DNA of 64,000 nucleotides from Octopus sinensis (Eukaryota): contig NC_043003.1 of assembly GCF_006345805.1 (NCBI RefSeq), forward strand, positions 13,578,001 to 13,642,000, in the 5' to 3' direction. Shown one piece after another: positions 39,491-53,439 of this stretch; the first letter of the stretch is position 1, and every line of letters starts with the position of its first letter. Below the pieces are notes generated by a model. That model was given only the letters and a program-made list of their open reading frames with translations, was not told the origin of the DNA and ran no database searches. The translations under genes were made by a program, and so were the position numbers.

Positions 39491-42400
39491 TAACAATTCT
39501 GCCAACCAATCTACCACTGCAGTATCTATACTAACAAAATAGACTTTTTTTGTTTTGTTTTTATAATTTCAAACAATTGCATGTGTGTATGTGTGTGTGT
39601 GTTTACTCAGAGAGAGAGAGAGAGAGAGAGAAAAACACAGAGAAGTAGTGGTTTTCTAAATGCAACTGTTTCCATCTATATTTGGTTTATAAGCCGCCTG
39701 TTAGGTATTTTGTCTGTCCTGTTAGGATCTATTGTCATTTGTGGCTGGCAATCTATTGATTCTATGAAAAATCCAATTGTTATCAGGTGATTCATTCCAG
39801 TTATTGTTATCAGCTCCTCAAACATCACCCCCACCACCACACACACACAACGCTGCCCCCCCCCCCTCCACAAAACTTTTCATATGCAAAGGAGATGTTA
39901 ACTGTTGGATCAACGGTGAATATAATTGGCATTAATTATTTTGAGTTAACTTGCTATGTATCATTGAATTTATGACAACAACCAATTGAAGAGCTGCATT
40001 GGAAAGTGTTGGCAGAGCGGGAGACGGGGGCTGCTCGGCTGTCAACGGTTTTATGATTAATATTGCAGAGGTTTTGGTCTGTTCAACATATTGAGCTGGT
40101 TTGTTAGATGATGCCATCATTGTTAAATGTTCGTCATACATTAGAATATTAAGGAACAGCTTCGATGGAGAGAATTTTCTAGTTGTAATCAAATCTCTAG
40201 TGTCATCATCATTGTTTGAATGTCTATTTTTTTTCCATCCTTGCACGAGTTGGACAGAATTGGTAAAGGCAGATTTTCTTCCATGGCAAGATGCCCTTCC
40301 TATTTCTCAAACCTAGGGCAGATGCAGGGAGCCTCTGCGGTTGAGGGACCCCATGTTAAGATCTAAGTATATAGATGAGTCACCTATTTACTTTGGTTAA
40401 GATATTGAACAAGAATTGAACAATCTATGTTAACTGAAAATTTCAAGAAATAAAACGGTAATATATTGTACCTGCAAAAGTTCTTGTAAAAATATCACAT
40501 TGTACCACAAATGTGTACCAAACTTTGTGGATTGTTTATGATATCTATTGAACATGAACTTAGCCCTTAGCTTGATTATTCTGAACAGATTGATGATTTC
40601 ATAAAGTTAAAGGTGTGCCATGTTTCTCTTTCAAACTTGCCTGGATTATAAAAGTGCTCCTTTTTTCATATCTGGAAGTTTTACTCATTGAAATTTGTAA
40701 TAGACCTAAATAAATTTAACTTCTTGTACTTTTAAAGATGTTCTTTAGGATAATGTGAAATATTGAACTTCAGTTAGAATAAAGTAAAATATAGCTATGA
40801 ATAAAAGGCGTGTAGATTATGAATTTTGATTGAAGGGATGGGGCCTTGAAACAAAAAGTTGCAGGGGGCTTCTAAAAACCACGCGACGGAGCTGCTCAAA
40901 GCCTTATGTTTCCAAGTAAGGTAATATTTTCCCTCTGGCTAGATGTGTTTTCATAGAAGATTAGAAATGAATGACATGACAGTAGCACTTATTTACAACA
41001 TCAAGCAATATCAAGTCAAGGTGACACAAACATACATATATTTGATGGGCTTCTTTCAGTTTCCATCCACCAAATTGCTATACGCAAGAAGACTCAACCC
41101 ACCCACCACAGCAGAACTGAGATCCTAAAACTGAGGTACCACATAAAAAGCATCCAATACACTCTGTCAAGTGGTTGGCATTAGGAAGGGCATCCAGCTG
41201 TAAAAACCAAACCAAAACAGCTTATGGAATCTGGTCCAGTTTTTTATTTCATTACTGCCCACAAGGGGCTACACAGAGAGGGGACAAACAAGGACAGACA
41301 AATGGATTAAGTCGATTATATCGACCCCAGTGCGTAACTGGTACTTATTTAATTGACCCCAAAAGGATGAAAAGCAAAGTCAACCTCGGCAGAATTTGAA
41401 CTCAGAACATAGCGGCAGGTGAAATACCATTAAGCATTTCGCCCGGCGTGCTAACGATTTTGCCAGCTCTGATAGTTTCTGTCAAGCTGTCCAACCCATG
41501 CCAGCATGGAAAACAAACATTAAATGTTGATGATGATGAAATTCATCCACAAGGCCTTGATCAGCCCTGGGTTATAGTAGAAAACATATGCTCAAGGTGC
41601 CATACAGGAGGACTGAACTCAGAACCCAGTGGTTGAGAAGCAAACTTCTTAACCACTCAGACACCCCAGCGCTTCTGTGCAGCCAATAATATATTTAGTG
41701 GACTACAAGGCAGCAAGCTGGCAGAATCATTAGCACACCAGACAAAATGCTTAGCTGCGGTTCCTTACATTTTTAACTTCTTAGTTAACATTCTGCCGAG
41801 GTTGAGCTTGCCTTTCAGCTTTCAGGATCAACTAAGTAAAATACCAGTTAAACACTAGGGATTGATGTGATTGACTTACCCCGTCTCCTAAAATTGCTGG
41901 CCTTGAGTTAAAATTTAGTGAACTAAATGCAATCAAATTTCCAATGTTCACACACAATATCCAGCCTCTGGTGCTTTCCGAACAGATGTGTGGTCCACTT
42001 GCTCACACACAAACACACTGGCTTAATCAACTAAAAGTATTAGATTTTAATAATGATAATAAACTCATTAGTAGCCAAGATTTTAATCAGTATCCATTTC
42101 AAGACTTGAACTCGGTCTGCTGAAAACTGGAACAGATATGCAAATAATTCTTTTAATTGATACAAGTGCTTTCATTTAACCCTTCAATATTCAGGTTATT
42201 CACTCAAATGTAATACTTATTTATTCACCGTGATCACCGTGACTGACAAGGCTATCAGATGTTGCTACACATCGCTGGTCACAATGTCCTTCGCATTGTT
42301 TTAGCCTTCAAATGACGCCACCTCGCTAGCTAAGCTAAGAAGTTAAAAATGTAAGGAACTGCAGCTAAGCAGTTTGTCTGGTGTGCTAATGATTCTGCCA

Positions 42401-43787
42401 GCTTGCTGCCTTGTAGTCCACTAAATATATTATTGGCTGCACAGAAGAAAGAGTGAGAGAAAGTTGTGGCGAAAGAATGCAGTAGGGACCGCCACCACCC
42501 CTTGCAGGAGCCTCGTGGAGCTTTAGGTGTTTTCGCTCAATAAACACTCAAAACGCCCGGTCTGGGAATCGAAACTGCGATCCTACAACCACAAGTTTGC
42601 TGACCTAACCACTGGTCCATTGCGCCTCCATATTTATTCACAGTATTTTTAATAAATCAAGCATTATCTCATAGCTTCGAGATTTTGATGTGAATGTTTA
42701 ATTTTAAAATGACATTGTAGAACAGGTGTGAGAGGCCAGAGCTAACCAAGTAGAATATTCGGACTGGATATGACTAGTTTGAGTGCTAAAAGGTTAAGGA
42801 AACCTGGAGAGTAGACTAAAGACCTGTATATTATTAATGTATATTTCACTGACTGACCATCATCATTTAATGTTCATGCTCCATGCTGGCAGGAGTTGGA
42901 TGTTATGACAGGATCCAGTGGACCCAAGGAGAGTATTATTGTGCTTCAATATCTGCTTTGGCTGGGTACCTTTCCTGATGCCAAACACTTTACGATGTGT
43001 AAAAGGTTATTTTTTTATATTTTTTCATGCCATCAGTATTTGATGGAGTGAAATTTGACCAGATGTGAGGTGGGTGATCAAACTAGATGTAAATTAATCA
43101 CAAGTTATAAGCCTCAACCCTCTCCACTAAGTCCTGTAGTATCTTAATTGTGAAGGCATGTTGTTTAGTGGTTAGGGGTATTCGGTTCACAATCATATGG
43201 TCATGAGTTCAATTCCCAGCAGCATGTTGTGTCCTTCAGCAAGACCCTTTATTTCATGTTGCTCCAGTCCACCCATCATAATCATCATCATTTAACGTCC
43301 ACTGTTCATGGGTTGGATGATTTGACTGGGGCTGGAAGGCTGCACCAGACTCTAGTCTAATTTGGCATGGTCTTCTGCAGCTGGATGCCATTCCTAACAC
43401 CAACAACCACTCCAAGTATAACGGGTGCTTTTAATTGCCACTGGCAAGGGTGCCATTTGCATGACACCGGTATCAGCCACAACTGTGATTTTGTCATCTG
43501 TACCTGTATTTCAAAGGTCTACCCTTGTTACATTCTGTGTCAACCCAAATCTCCCTGAGCAGCCTGTTCTGACCCTCACCATCGTAATCAATGGAGTGTC
43601 TGTTGTTAGTATCTTAATCTTTTTGTTACCATATTTCAATTAAAATTGGCTAACTTTACATTAATTAATTTTGAAAATGATGAAGAATTTAGTGAAATAA
43701 TTTTGAAGAAGATACTTAGCAAAAGCATTGACAAGAAATTTTGATGTAAGGTTTTAAAAATTTAGACCATTTCAACCCTTTAGCTCC

Positions 43788-44188
43788 CTCTTTTTACTCT
43801 TTTACTTATTTCTATCATTTGACTGCGGCCATGCTGGAGCACCACCTTTAGTCGAGCAAATCGACACCAGGACTTACTCATTGTAAGCCTAGTACTTATT
43901 CTATTGGTCCTTTTGCCGAACCGCTAAGTTACGGGGATGTAAACACACTAGCATCGGTTGTCAAGCGATGTTGTGGGGACAAACATAGACACATAAACAC
44001 ACACACACACACATATGTATATATACGACAGGCTTCTTTCAGTTTCCGTCTACCAAATCCACTCACAAGGCTTTGGTTGACCCGAGGCTATAGTAGAAGA
44101 CACTTGCCCAAAGTGCCACACAGTGGGACCGAACCCGGAACCATGTGGTTGGTAAGCAAGCTACTTACCACACAGCCATTCCTGCGCC
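43788..44188 (-). mobile_element. SINE family 1 inserted in the TIR of a piggyBac-like MITE
   Basis: CAACCCTTTAGC, then the SINE, then TAGCATTCAG; TAGC is duplicated and the MITE continues to about 44398. Confidence 0.85.
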
Positions 44189-45319
44189 TAGCATTCAGAA
44201 ACTGTCAAATGAAATTTATTTATTCACATTCATTTGAATAAATCATGCATTATCTCAAAGCTTCAAGATGATGATGATGTGATTAATTCTTAAAATGACA
44301 TTGTAGCATAGGTGTGAGAGGTTGGATTTGGCCAGTTTGAACACAAAACGGAGAAGATTTTGGGCTGGATATGACCATTTTAAATGGTTGAGTGTTAAAG
44401 CAGGAAGTGTGTATCTTAAAACCTGACAGGGTCTCAGGTGGTTTGGTATCAAAAGGGCTAAGTAAAAACAGAACTGCAAAATCAGTAATTCTAGGAGCAA
44501 TTCTGACGATGAAAGGTGTTATTCAAAACATTGGACTTGTCTTGTTTCTCGCAGCAAACCAATTTATTTCACTTTTGAACTCTTTATATACTCACAGTTT
44601 TCACAGCTTACTACCATCACAACCATTGGCCAGGTGAACAGGGGAGAATATAATACTGTTTATTATCAATCAAGTAGATTGGTAAAGGGAACTTAGTGAC
44701 ATGAATAATGAAAGGGCGAGCATGATGGATTGGAGAGTTTACTAAACTATAAGAAACAATAAAATTATTATCAAAACACAGAGAAAGAGGGAGAACAAAA
44801 CAAGTTTGAAACCAGTATGGCTGACTAAAATCATTAGTATAAACACACATAGTATACAAAAGTTTTATGGCAATACTACTCCAAATCATCTAACACTATA
44901 ATAGAATAGTTAAGTGGAAACAAAGCAGTCCTTCAACATGAACATGATATGCTTCAAAACACTTGACTGATTTTCTTTCAGGCAAGTCCATCCTAGTTTT
45001 TATGCTTTATTTTTCCTGGTGAATTTCTCTCAAATTCCTATCATACAAGCTGGAGAATGTCTCAAAAGGGCTGTAAAAACGCCTATAAAATTGCACTTAA
45101 AAAACCCTATCTGGTAATTATTCTCTTTATTGTTCTCCTTTACAAAGAAAGACCAAAGGGGCCATATAGATTGGCTAGCTTTTTCAACATATCTAAATGA
45201 CCAGTCAGCTTTGGTAAGGGCCAAATTTCCTTCCTTGAAAAATGCAGTGTTGATCTGAAAAACTATAAAATATACAGCGCAACGATTTCTGGAACAGGCT
45301 TGAAACCTTAGGGCAAGTA

Positions 45320-45367
<48 letters not shown>

Positions 45368-45518
45368 CTCTCATACACATATGCACATGTTATGCTGAAC
45401 AAGCAGTTCTAGCAGTGGAGGGATAGATCGATAGGAACAGTGCCTGTCAACACATGCTGAACTATAATTTCATATAAATATTTATCCAATGTAACCCTCT
45501 CCTATCACTGTTTCACAG

Positions 45519-45584
45519 CTGTTCATTTTTCAACGACTGGGGTTTCGCGCAGACTATAACAAACAAGACATTATAAAACCAAAG
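45519..45584 (+). CDS. Candidate 66-nt symmetric exon (LFIFQRLGFRADYNKQDIIKPK)
   Basis: Acceptor ctctcctatcactgtttcacag and donor AAG/gtaata. Only phase 0 is open and the sequence is unique. I recognise no family. Confidence 0.3.
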
Positions 45585-46589
45585 GTAATAATAACTGCTT
45601 AGAGGAGATAACAGCGATAGATTAGATTAACAAAGCCATTTAAATAACTGCAACAACAGTAACAGCAGCAGTATTAGAAAAACTAAGTGGCGAGTGATGG
45701 TCGTGGCGGGGAACAGGAGCGGAATATAGGGATTCCATTTTGCTGATCTGTTAGGTGTGAACCAGTGGAGTGGAACGGGAACTGCACAAGTGTTCTATTG
45801 AGCCAAATCTGAGTCATAGTTTAAAATCTAAATTCGCACACTGGCACCCAGTGTGAGGTGAAACCTTGGACAGGTTACAGCAATGCAGTTATTGCTATGT
45901 TTCATAATTGGAATCTAGGAAGAAAATAAAATCTCTGAAGCGTATTGCAATTCAATTTACTAACCACAGTTGGTTAGAAATAATTTTGAAAAGAGGTGAA
46001 TAAGAGCTTTCACTACAATGTTGCTATGAGCCATTGTATTTATATATATTCACAGACGATACAAAATCAACTTAAACATACATGAGATGAACAGTTCAGT
46101 CTCACTGATTTTATACACCCAGCTGTGTGTATATGTATATGGGGTGCTTGTAAGTAAAGTCATAGTAAGAATGGTCGTTTTATCACAGTGCCAGACTTTT
46201 ACCAAGTTAATGTCCTAACTTTTGCCTTTTGAAGGTTAACTTAGACTTTCCATATAACAAAAGATATTGAACTGACAGCTAGTCAGATACAATATCACAA
46301 TTCCACCAAACCTGGGTTATTTAATCAATTTAAAACTCTCTCTGACCCTTACAAACACACACTTTTTTTTTTGTCTAGTGTTGACATTTTTCTATTTAGA
46401 TAGGTTGTAAAATTTGCATGAATTCTTGAAACAGATGTTTCGCTCGTGTACAGGTAATACACATCATATTGCCACCTATGTTTTTTTTTATGTGTAAGGT
46501 AAACAGAGGTAGCTTATATGTGGTCACCTAACTTGCTAGAAATATCAGCCAAATATCTAATTAAAAACTCAAAATCCTAATCCTTTGAT

Positions 46590-46973
46590 ACTCCTTTACT
46601 CTTCTACTTGTTTCAGTCATTTGACTGCGGCCATGCTGGAACACCGTCTTTTAGCCAAGCAAATTGACCCCAAGACTTTTTCTTTGTAAGCCTAGTACTT
46701 ATTCTATCAGTTTCTTTTACCGAACCACTAACTTATGGGGATGTAAACACACCAGCATCAGTTGTCAAGCTATGTTGGGGGGGGACAACACAGACACAAG
46801 AATATACATATATACAACGGCTTCTTTTAATTTCTGTCTACCAAATCCACTCACAAGGTTCTGGTCAGCCCGAGGCTATAGAAGACACTTGCCCAAGGTG
46901 CCATGCAGTGGGACTGAACCCTGACCCATGTGGTTGGTGAGCAAGCTACTTACCACACAGCCACTCTTACGTC
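46590..46973 (-). mobile_element. SINE family 1
   Basis: Colinear family 1 motifs. Confidence 0.88.
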
Positions 46974-48009
46974 TACGATTTGTTTATATTGATCAAATAG
47001 ATGTATTGCAAATAAGCTCATTCCCTATCATATTGATGTTGCTTGTACAGTTACACGGTGTACCACATGTCACGTGTCGAAATGAATGCAGAGCAATGGG
47101 AGATGAAGTATTTCGCTCAAGAACACAACATGCCACCCAATCTAGGAACTGAAACCATATCCTGAGATCAACACTATAAGTCACGAGGCCAAGTGCCTTC
47201 ATATATCCACTCACACATGTTTGAGTATGTGTCGTTATTGTATCCTTGCCTTGACACCATATAATGTTATAAATGTCATTTGTTTCAAATATTCTGCAGA
47301 AACATGTCCGACTATGGGAAAACATGTCTGACTAGCTGGGAAATGGAAACCAGTAAGGGTTGTTAACAGGAAGGGCACCCAGCTGTAAAGATCTACCTCG
47401 ATAAACTTTGTCCGAGCCATACAAGCTTGGGTAAGCAAACATTAAAATGATGATGATGATGGTGATGTTGATGGCTTCATGGGTAGCTGTTGTCAGAACA
47501 ATAAATTCTTCAACTAGTTCGCTGCAAATGTCCAAATTTTCCAAAACCATGGCTTAAAAAAGTAAGAAAAAAAAACCGAAAAAAAAAACCAAAGAAAGCA
47601 AACAAACAATAACCTATGATAAAATAAATACTTCCCCCTAGTCACCCCAACCACCCCAGTTTTTCTATAAAATTTGAAAAATCAAACCTCAAAGTGTAAT
47701 TCATAATTTATATGTAGTGTGTATATTTATATATATATCTTTGAAAGTGCTTTGGTGTTTGTTTAATGTAAAGTAAAATTTAAGTGTTATGGTTTCAGGG
47801 AAAACAGCAATAGCGCAAATATATAAAGTGGAGGTAGGTTAGTGTACATTTCAGCTATGTTTAACTTGCGCTGGTGAGGGCAAACAAATGTAAAACATGC
47901 TGCTGCTGCTGCTGCTACCGCTGCTGCTATTATTGGTGATGAAGAGAATGATGTGGAAGAGGAGAATAATAAACATGAAGCATGACAATATGGTGTATAA
48001 CAGATTTAT

Positions 48010-48365
48010 ACTGTAAATGCAACAAATGTATTTACTAACTTCCTTACATATATATACACACACACAGAGAAAACACCTGTATATGTACATATAAACACAC
48101 ACATGCATACATACATACATACACATGTGTTCATGCACACATATTTACATATACACATATATACATACATATACACACACATACATACACATATGTTCAT
48201 GCACACATATTCACATATACATACATATATACATATACACCCACGTATCTATACACACACAAACATACATACATACACATATGTTTATGCACATATACAC
48301 ATATATACATACATATATACACCCACGTATCTATACACACGTACATAGAACACATATACATATAA
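48010..48365. repeat. (CA/TA)-rich low-complexity array
   Basis: Seen directly; contains CCCACGTATCTATACACAC twice. Confidence 0.9.
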
Positions 48366-48684
48366 AACACCGTTGTTAATCATATATATCTTGTGGCAAG
48401 AAATGGCTACAGAATGATACACTTGTGACAATTTTTGTCGGCAGAGGAACAAAATCTGCAGCTATAATTGTTTTTGGCGAAACCTAGTCATTCTGAAAAC
48501 ATTTCAGCAAGGATATGAAGACTAGCTAAAAATATGATGGAAGCAAGCCTTAAGTCCAAGCAGAATTCAAAACAATAAGTTGTGGCATTCATTGTTTACT
48601 TCGAATTAGTGAAGTAGGTAGGTGAATGGTTTCAAATACTGAATGAAAAGTCAATCTGTGGAGGACACAAGTTTATCTCCATAG

Positions 48685-48757
48685 CTTCATTCGACGGCAT
48701 CTGCCGTCAAATGTACAGACAAATATGATAAAGACTACATCGATATTATATCTGATG
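48685..48757 (+). CDS. Candidate 73-nt exon (LHSTASAVKCTDKYDKDYIDIISD)
   Basis: tttatctccatag acceptor and G/gtatat donor. Two frames are open and I recognise no family. Confidence 0.15.
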
Positions 48758-48778
48758 GTATATAAGATGCAGTTCTTG

Positions 48779-49011
48779 AAGGCAGCGAACTGGCAGAATC
48801 GTTAGCACGCCGGGCGTAATGCGTAGCAGTATTTCGTCTGCCGTTACGTTCTGAGTTCAAATTCCGCTGAGGTCGACTTTGCCTTTCATCCTTTCGGGGT
48901 CGATTAAATAAGTACCAGTTACGCACTGGGGTCGATGTAATCAGCTTAATCCATTTGTCTGTTGTTGTTTGTCCTCTCTGTGGGTAGCCCCTTGTGGGTA
49001 GTAAAGAAATA
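48779..49011 (+). mobile_element. SINE family 2
   Basis: Complete head and core with a 13-bp GGTATATAAGATG duplication. Confidence 0.88.
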
Positions 49012-50849
49012 GGTATATAAGATGTACTTGCTTTCCCACACAAAAATGTCTTGAAAACTCACCCTGGAACCTATATGCTAAGTGGGGCCTATATTACATC
49101 CTTTAATGCACTGAAAAAATTTTTTCTGATAATGCACTGCTGAAATTGGGTTGTATCTAACATAACCATGTGTCTTTCATGCCATCAAATACAATATTTC
49201 TTATTTAGTTTTTTATGGCTGTAGATATGTACAGCTGGATGTTTCCTGATATCGTCTTATAAATGGACTTCATTAGTATAGCTCATATGTTCTATTTCAG
49301 GAAGGATAATTGAGTGCATTTTTTTTTTTTTGTTAAGGTTTATAAGGGTTGACAAAGTAAAGTGGAGATGTGGCTGTGTGGTATGATGTTTGCTTACTAA
49401 TCATATGATTTCAGGTTCAGTCCCATTGAATGGCAAGTGTTTTCTATGATAGCCCTGTGTGAGTGGATTTAGTAGATGGAAACATAAATAAATCAACACC
49501 AGTTCTGATGTGGTGACAGGACAAATGCAAACAGAAAGATACATACATGACAAGCTTCAACACAGTTTCCAATCTACCAAATTCACTCACAAAAGTATTG
49601 GTTGGCTCGGGGTTTATAACAAGACTCTTGCTGAGAGTGCTGCACAGTGGGACTGAAACCAAGGCCATGTGGTTGCAAAGTGAGCTTGTTTAACCACACA
49701 GTCAATGCCTATGCATTTGAGTACTCTAAATCTTGCCAATTTGCCTTCCTTTCACATCATCTTATCATTACGCAGAACAATCACATACTCAAGGGAGAGA
49801 ACACCAGAAGAAATTCTAGCATAATTGCTTTTTAATATGTTTATTAAATAGAGAAGAACAAAAAAATCAAATTAATATCAGGTGATTTAAATAGATAGAG
49901 TGTCTAAATATTCAGTGAATTTTCTATTTTTTTAATCTTTTTATTTTACTGTCATTTACAATAAGATTTCCCCGCTACTGAAGTGTTAACACGTCACACC
50001 TTCACCCCTATCATTGAGTTATCTAGCCTAATATAGTACAGAAATAAATATTAAAATTTTCCACAGAAATTTTTAACATTTTTCAATAAAAATGACATGT
50101 TTTTATTATCTTGACCATAAGTACTCATGAAGTTATTATGCAAAAACATGTTTCTACTTGGGAAAGTGCAAACGTGATAAAGCTTTTAAAAATAGCTTTG
50201 CCAATATTAACAAGAGCGGAGGTTAATGAAAAATTAAAGAGTGAAGATGCAGTTTGGATAGAAGCCTTTCTAATAAGGCATTGTTTTTAAAGTGAAAAGC
50301 AATTATACACTTGTCAAAGAAAGGAGAAAATAAAATACAAATGTCTTAGAAGGCAAAACGCAGAATTTCCGATCAAATTTAATAATAGTTATTGCTAATA
50401 AAAATGTCAATTTCCATTCAAATCTATAAGCTCCTCTCCATTTCAAATATTTACTACAAAATGCTAATCAAAAACCTTCACATGCAAACTGGAAAAATAA
50501 AAAAAATCTTTTCTTATCACTATAAGACTTAGATGTTATTTCCATTCCAAAAATATATTTTTCTGATTACTCGAGTGAGTAATTCATAGAGTTCCTTTAT
50601 ATATTTATCGAGTCCTCTCGATAGCAGTCGCTCTGAGATCACACCTGATTCTATGATACAAAACCCTTCGGTTTTCAAGTGTTCGTATTTAACCCATTTA
50701 TTACCAAACTTCTTTTAAAATTCTACTGTTTGTGTTTCAATTGATTTTGAGAATAGTGAAGAATTTAGTGAAATGATTTTGTCATTATTAAGTTGCTTTG
50801 AATCTAAATTAATAGGAAATTTTGATCGAAGGTCGTAATTCATGTCACC

Positions 50850-51209
50850 TTAACCCTCTAGCATGTAAACCGACCATGCCTGGCCCAAATATTGTGTTTT
50901 GTGTTCAAACCAGCCAGATCCGGCCTCTCACACATACCCTACAATGCCATTCTAAAAATAAACATTTTATGTTCAAACCAGCCAGATCCGGCCTCTCACA
51001 CCTACCCTACAATGTCATTCTAAAAATAACCATTTCATGTTCAAACCAGCCAGATCCGGCCTCTCACACCTACCCTACAATGTCATTCTAAATATAAACA
51101 ATCACATCACTGAAATCTTGAAGCTACGAAATAATGCATGATTGATTTAAAACAATGTGAATAAATAAGCATTACTTTTGTCAAAATAATGTAAATGCTA
51201 AAGAGTTAA
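50850..51209. mobile_element. piggyBac-like MITE family A with internal 3 x 68-bp triplication
   Basis: TTAA-CCCTCTAGCAT ... ATGCTAAAGAG-TTAA; GTTCAAACCAGCCAGATCCGG recurs at 50903, 50971 and 51039. Confidence 0.85.
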
Positions 51210-51239
51210 ATTCTTTTCTATTCTAGGCACAAGGCCCAA

Positions 51240-51650
51240 AATTTTGATTAGATTGACCCCAATATGCAACTGGTACTTAATTTATTGATCCCAATATGCA
51301 ACTGGTACTTAATTTATCGATCTCAATATGCAACTGGTACTTAATTTATCGATTCTGAAAGGATGAAAAACAAAGTCGACCTTGGCAGAATTTGAACTCG
51401 GAACGTAAAGACAGATGAAATACCTATTTCTTTACTACCCACAAGGGGCCAAACACAGAGGGGACAAACAAACGGATTAAGTTGATTATATCGACCCCAG
51501 TGCGTAACTGGTACTTATTTAATCGACCCCGAAAGGATGAAAGGCAAATTCGACCTCGGCGGAATTTGAACTCAGAACGTAGCAGCTGACGAAATAATGC
51601 TAAGCATTTTGCCCAGCGTGCTAACGTTTCTGCCAGCTCGCTCGCCTGGC
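51240..51650 (-). mobile_element. Tandem SINE family 2 with 3 x 32-bp internal repeat
   Basis: AATATGCAACTGGTACTTAATTTAT at 51261, 51293 and 51325, followed by two family 2 cores. Confidence 0.85.
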
Positions 51651-52669
51651 ATGCTAAAGAGTTAAATTAAAACCTTCCATCAAGATTTCTGGTTAATTTT
51701 ATGCTTCCAACAACAAATTAATAGAGATAAATTTCTCATACTTAATTCATTATTTTCAAAATTAACTCAGATGATGGAAGAATATTTCAACAGAAACGTT
51801 ATAGCTTATTTTTAATGCAATTTGCACAGATTTATGAAAATATAGAGGATGCTTTAGGTTGATGAAATTTCGTAGGGGTCAACGGAATTATATTTTGTGT
51901 ACTTTACTTTCTTACACAAGCAGGGAGTCGCATGAATCTAAATGCAAACAGCAAGCAGTGAACATGTATTTTTAGTTATGAAAAATTTCAATTTAGGGTT
52001 GTAAACTTTGGAATATCCCACTTTAGATAAAAAGTATGCAATTTCAACTTTACTTTGTGTTGTACACCGCATTCCTGATACCACCAAACTAACCTCATTT
52101 CAAAGCCAGGGTTTGAAATTTCTACAGGCTAGAATTTCAGTAGGAATTTTAAAAATGTATCTAAAAATGTTTATTTCAAAATGGTGGCTGAGTGGCTACA
52201 AAGTCTCTTCCACAACCATGTGGTTTTGGGTTCAATCCCACAGCACAGTACTTTAGACATTTGTCTTCTACTATTGCACTGAGCAAAGCGATGTCTCAAG
52301 AATTTGGTAGATAGAAACTATTCTAACCCTTTAACATTCGGATTATTTTGTCGAAAGTAATGCTTATCTAATCACATTGTTTAATCTTGTAGCTTCAAGA
52401 TTTCGATGAGGCATATGTTTATTTGCAGAATGACATTGTAGGGCAAGTGTGAGAGGCCAGATCTGACCATTTCGAATGCAAAACAAGCAGAGTATTTGTT
52501 TGGTCAGTTTAAAAGCTAAAGGGTCGTATTTGTGTTTGTCTCTATATGCATGCATGCATATATATTTGTGTATTCCTGTTGATACTACCACTGGTCATAC
52601 AACACTTTCTTTCGAAAATGTGAATGTAAAGAACCACGCACACACACACAAATAAACAACTGATGGGAT

Positions 52670-53022
52670 TCATACAGCTTCTATCTACTACCAAATCCAC
52701 TCACAAGGCTTTGGTTGGCCTGAGGCTATAGTAGAAGACACCCAAGGTGCTATGCAGTGGAACTGAACCTGGAACCAACCATGTGGTTGTGAAGCAAACT
52801 TCTTAGTACACCGCCAAATTTTTCAGAAATAAATCTCTGATTCTGGACCAATTTTTTAATTAATTTTTTTGCAATTTAGTTCAGAATTAACAATTAATTA
52901 GTTCAAACTCAAACAATTCCCGAAGACCATCAAAACTTCCAATAGTAACAAAAGCAACCAATGTTTAGAGTGATAAAATGCTAAACACAAAACAATCAGC
53001 TTTTGATGTTAGTAAAGTTAAC

Positions 53023-53063
<41 letters not shown>

Positions 53064-53439
53064 TACCACACACCACACATGATGGGCTTTTTTTCAGTTT
53101 CTGTCTACCAAATCCACTCACAAGGCTTTGGTTGGCCTGAGGCTATAGAAGAAGACACCCAAGGTGCTATGCAATGAACCAAACCTGGAACCAACCTTGT
53201 GGTTGTGAAGCAAACTTCTTAGTACACAGCCAAATCTTTCAGAAATAGATTTCTGATTCTGGACCAATTTTTTAATTATTTTTTTTTTGCAATTTAGTTC
53301 AGAATTAACAATTAATTAGTTCAAACTCAAACAATTCCTGAGACCATCAAAACTTCCAATAGTAACAAAAACAACCAATGTTTAGAGTGATAAAATGCTA
53401 AACACAAAACAATCAGCTTTTGATGTTAGTAAAGTTAAC

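Noticed and set aside
37719-40246. Longer non-repeat ORFs 37719-38195, 39932-40246 (and 44392-44637)
   Set aside because: They have no recognisable domain, two of them run into repeat sequence, and their lengths are expected by chance.
44607-44633. LTTITTIGQ resembling a potassium-channel pore motif (TTIGYG)
   Set aside because: The GYG filter is absent and no flanking channel exons are visible.
45519-45584. FQRLGFRADY resembling casein kinase 1 FHRQGFSYDY
   Set aside because: The following VFDW is missing and no other kinase exons were seen; not assigned.
47895-47990. (GCT)n giving poly-Ala/acidic or poly-Leu signal-peptide-like text
   Set aside because: It is a trinucleotide repeat with nearby stops in every frame.
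51253-51352. 32-bp direct repeats resembling a CRISPR array
   Set aside because: The repeats are contiguous with no spacers, derive from a SINE, and lie in eukaryotic DNA without cas genes.
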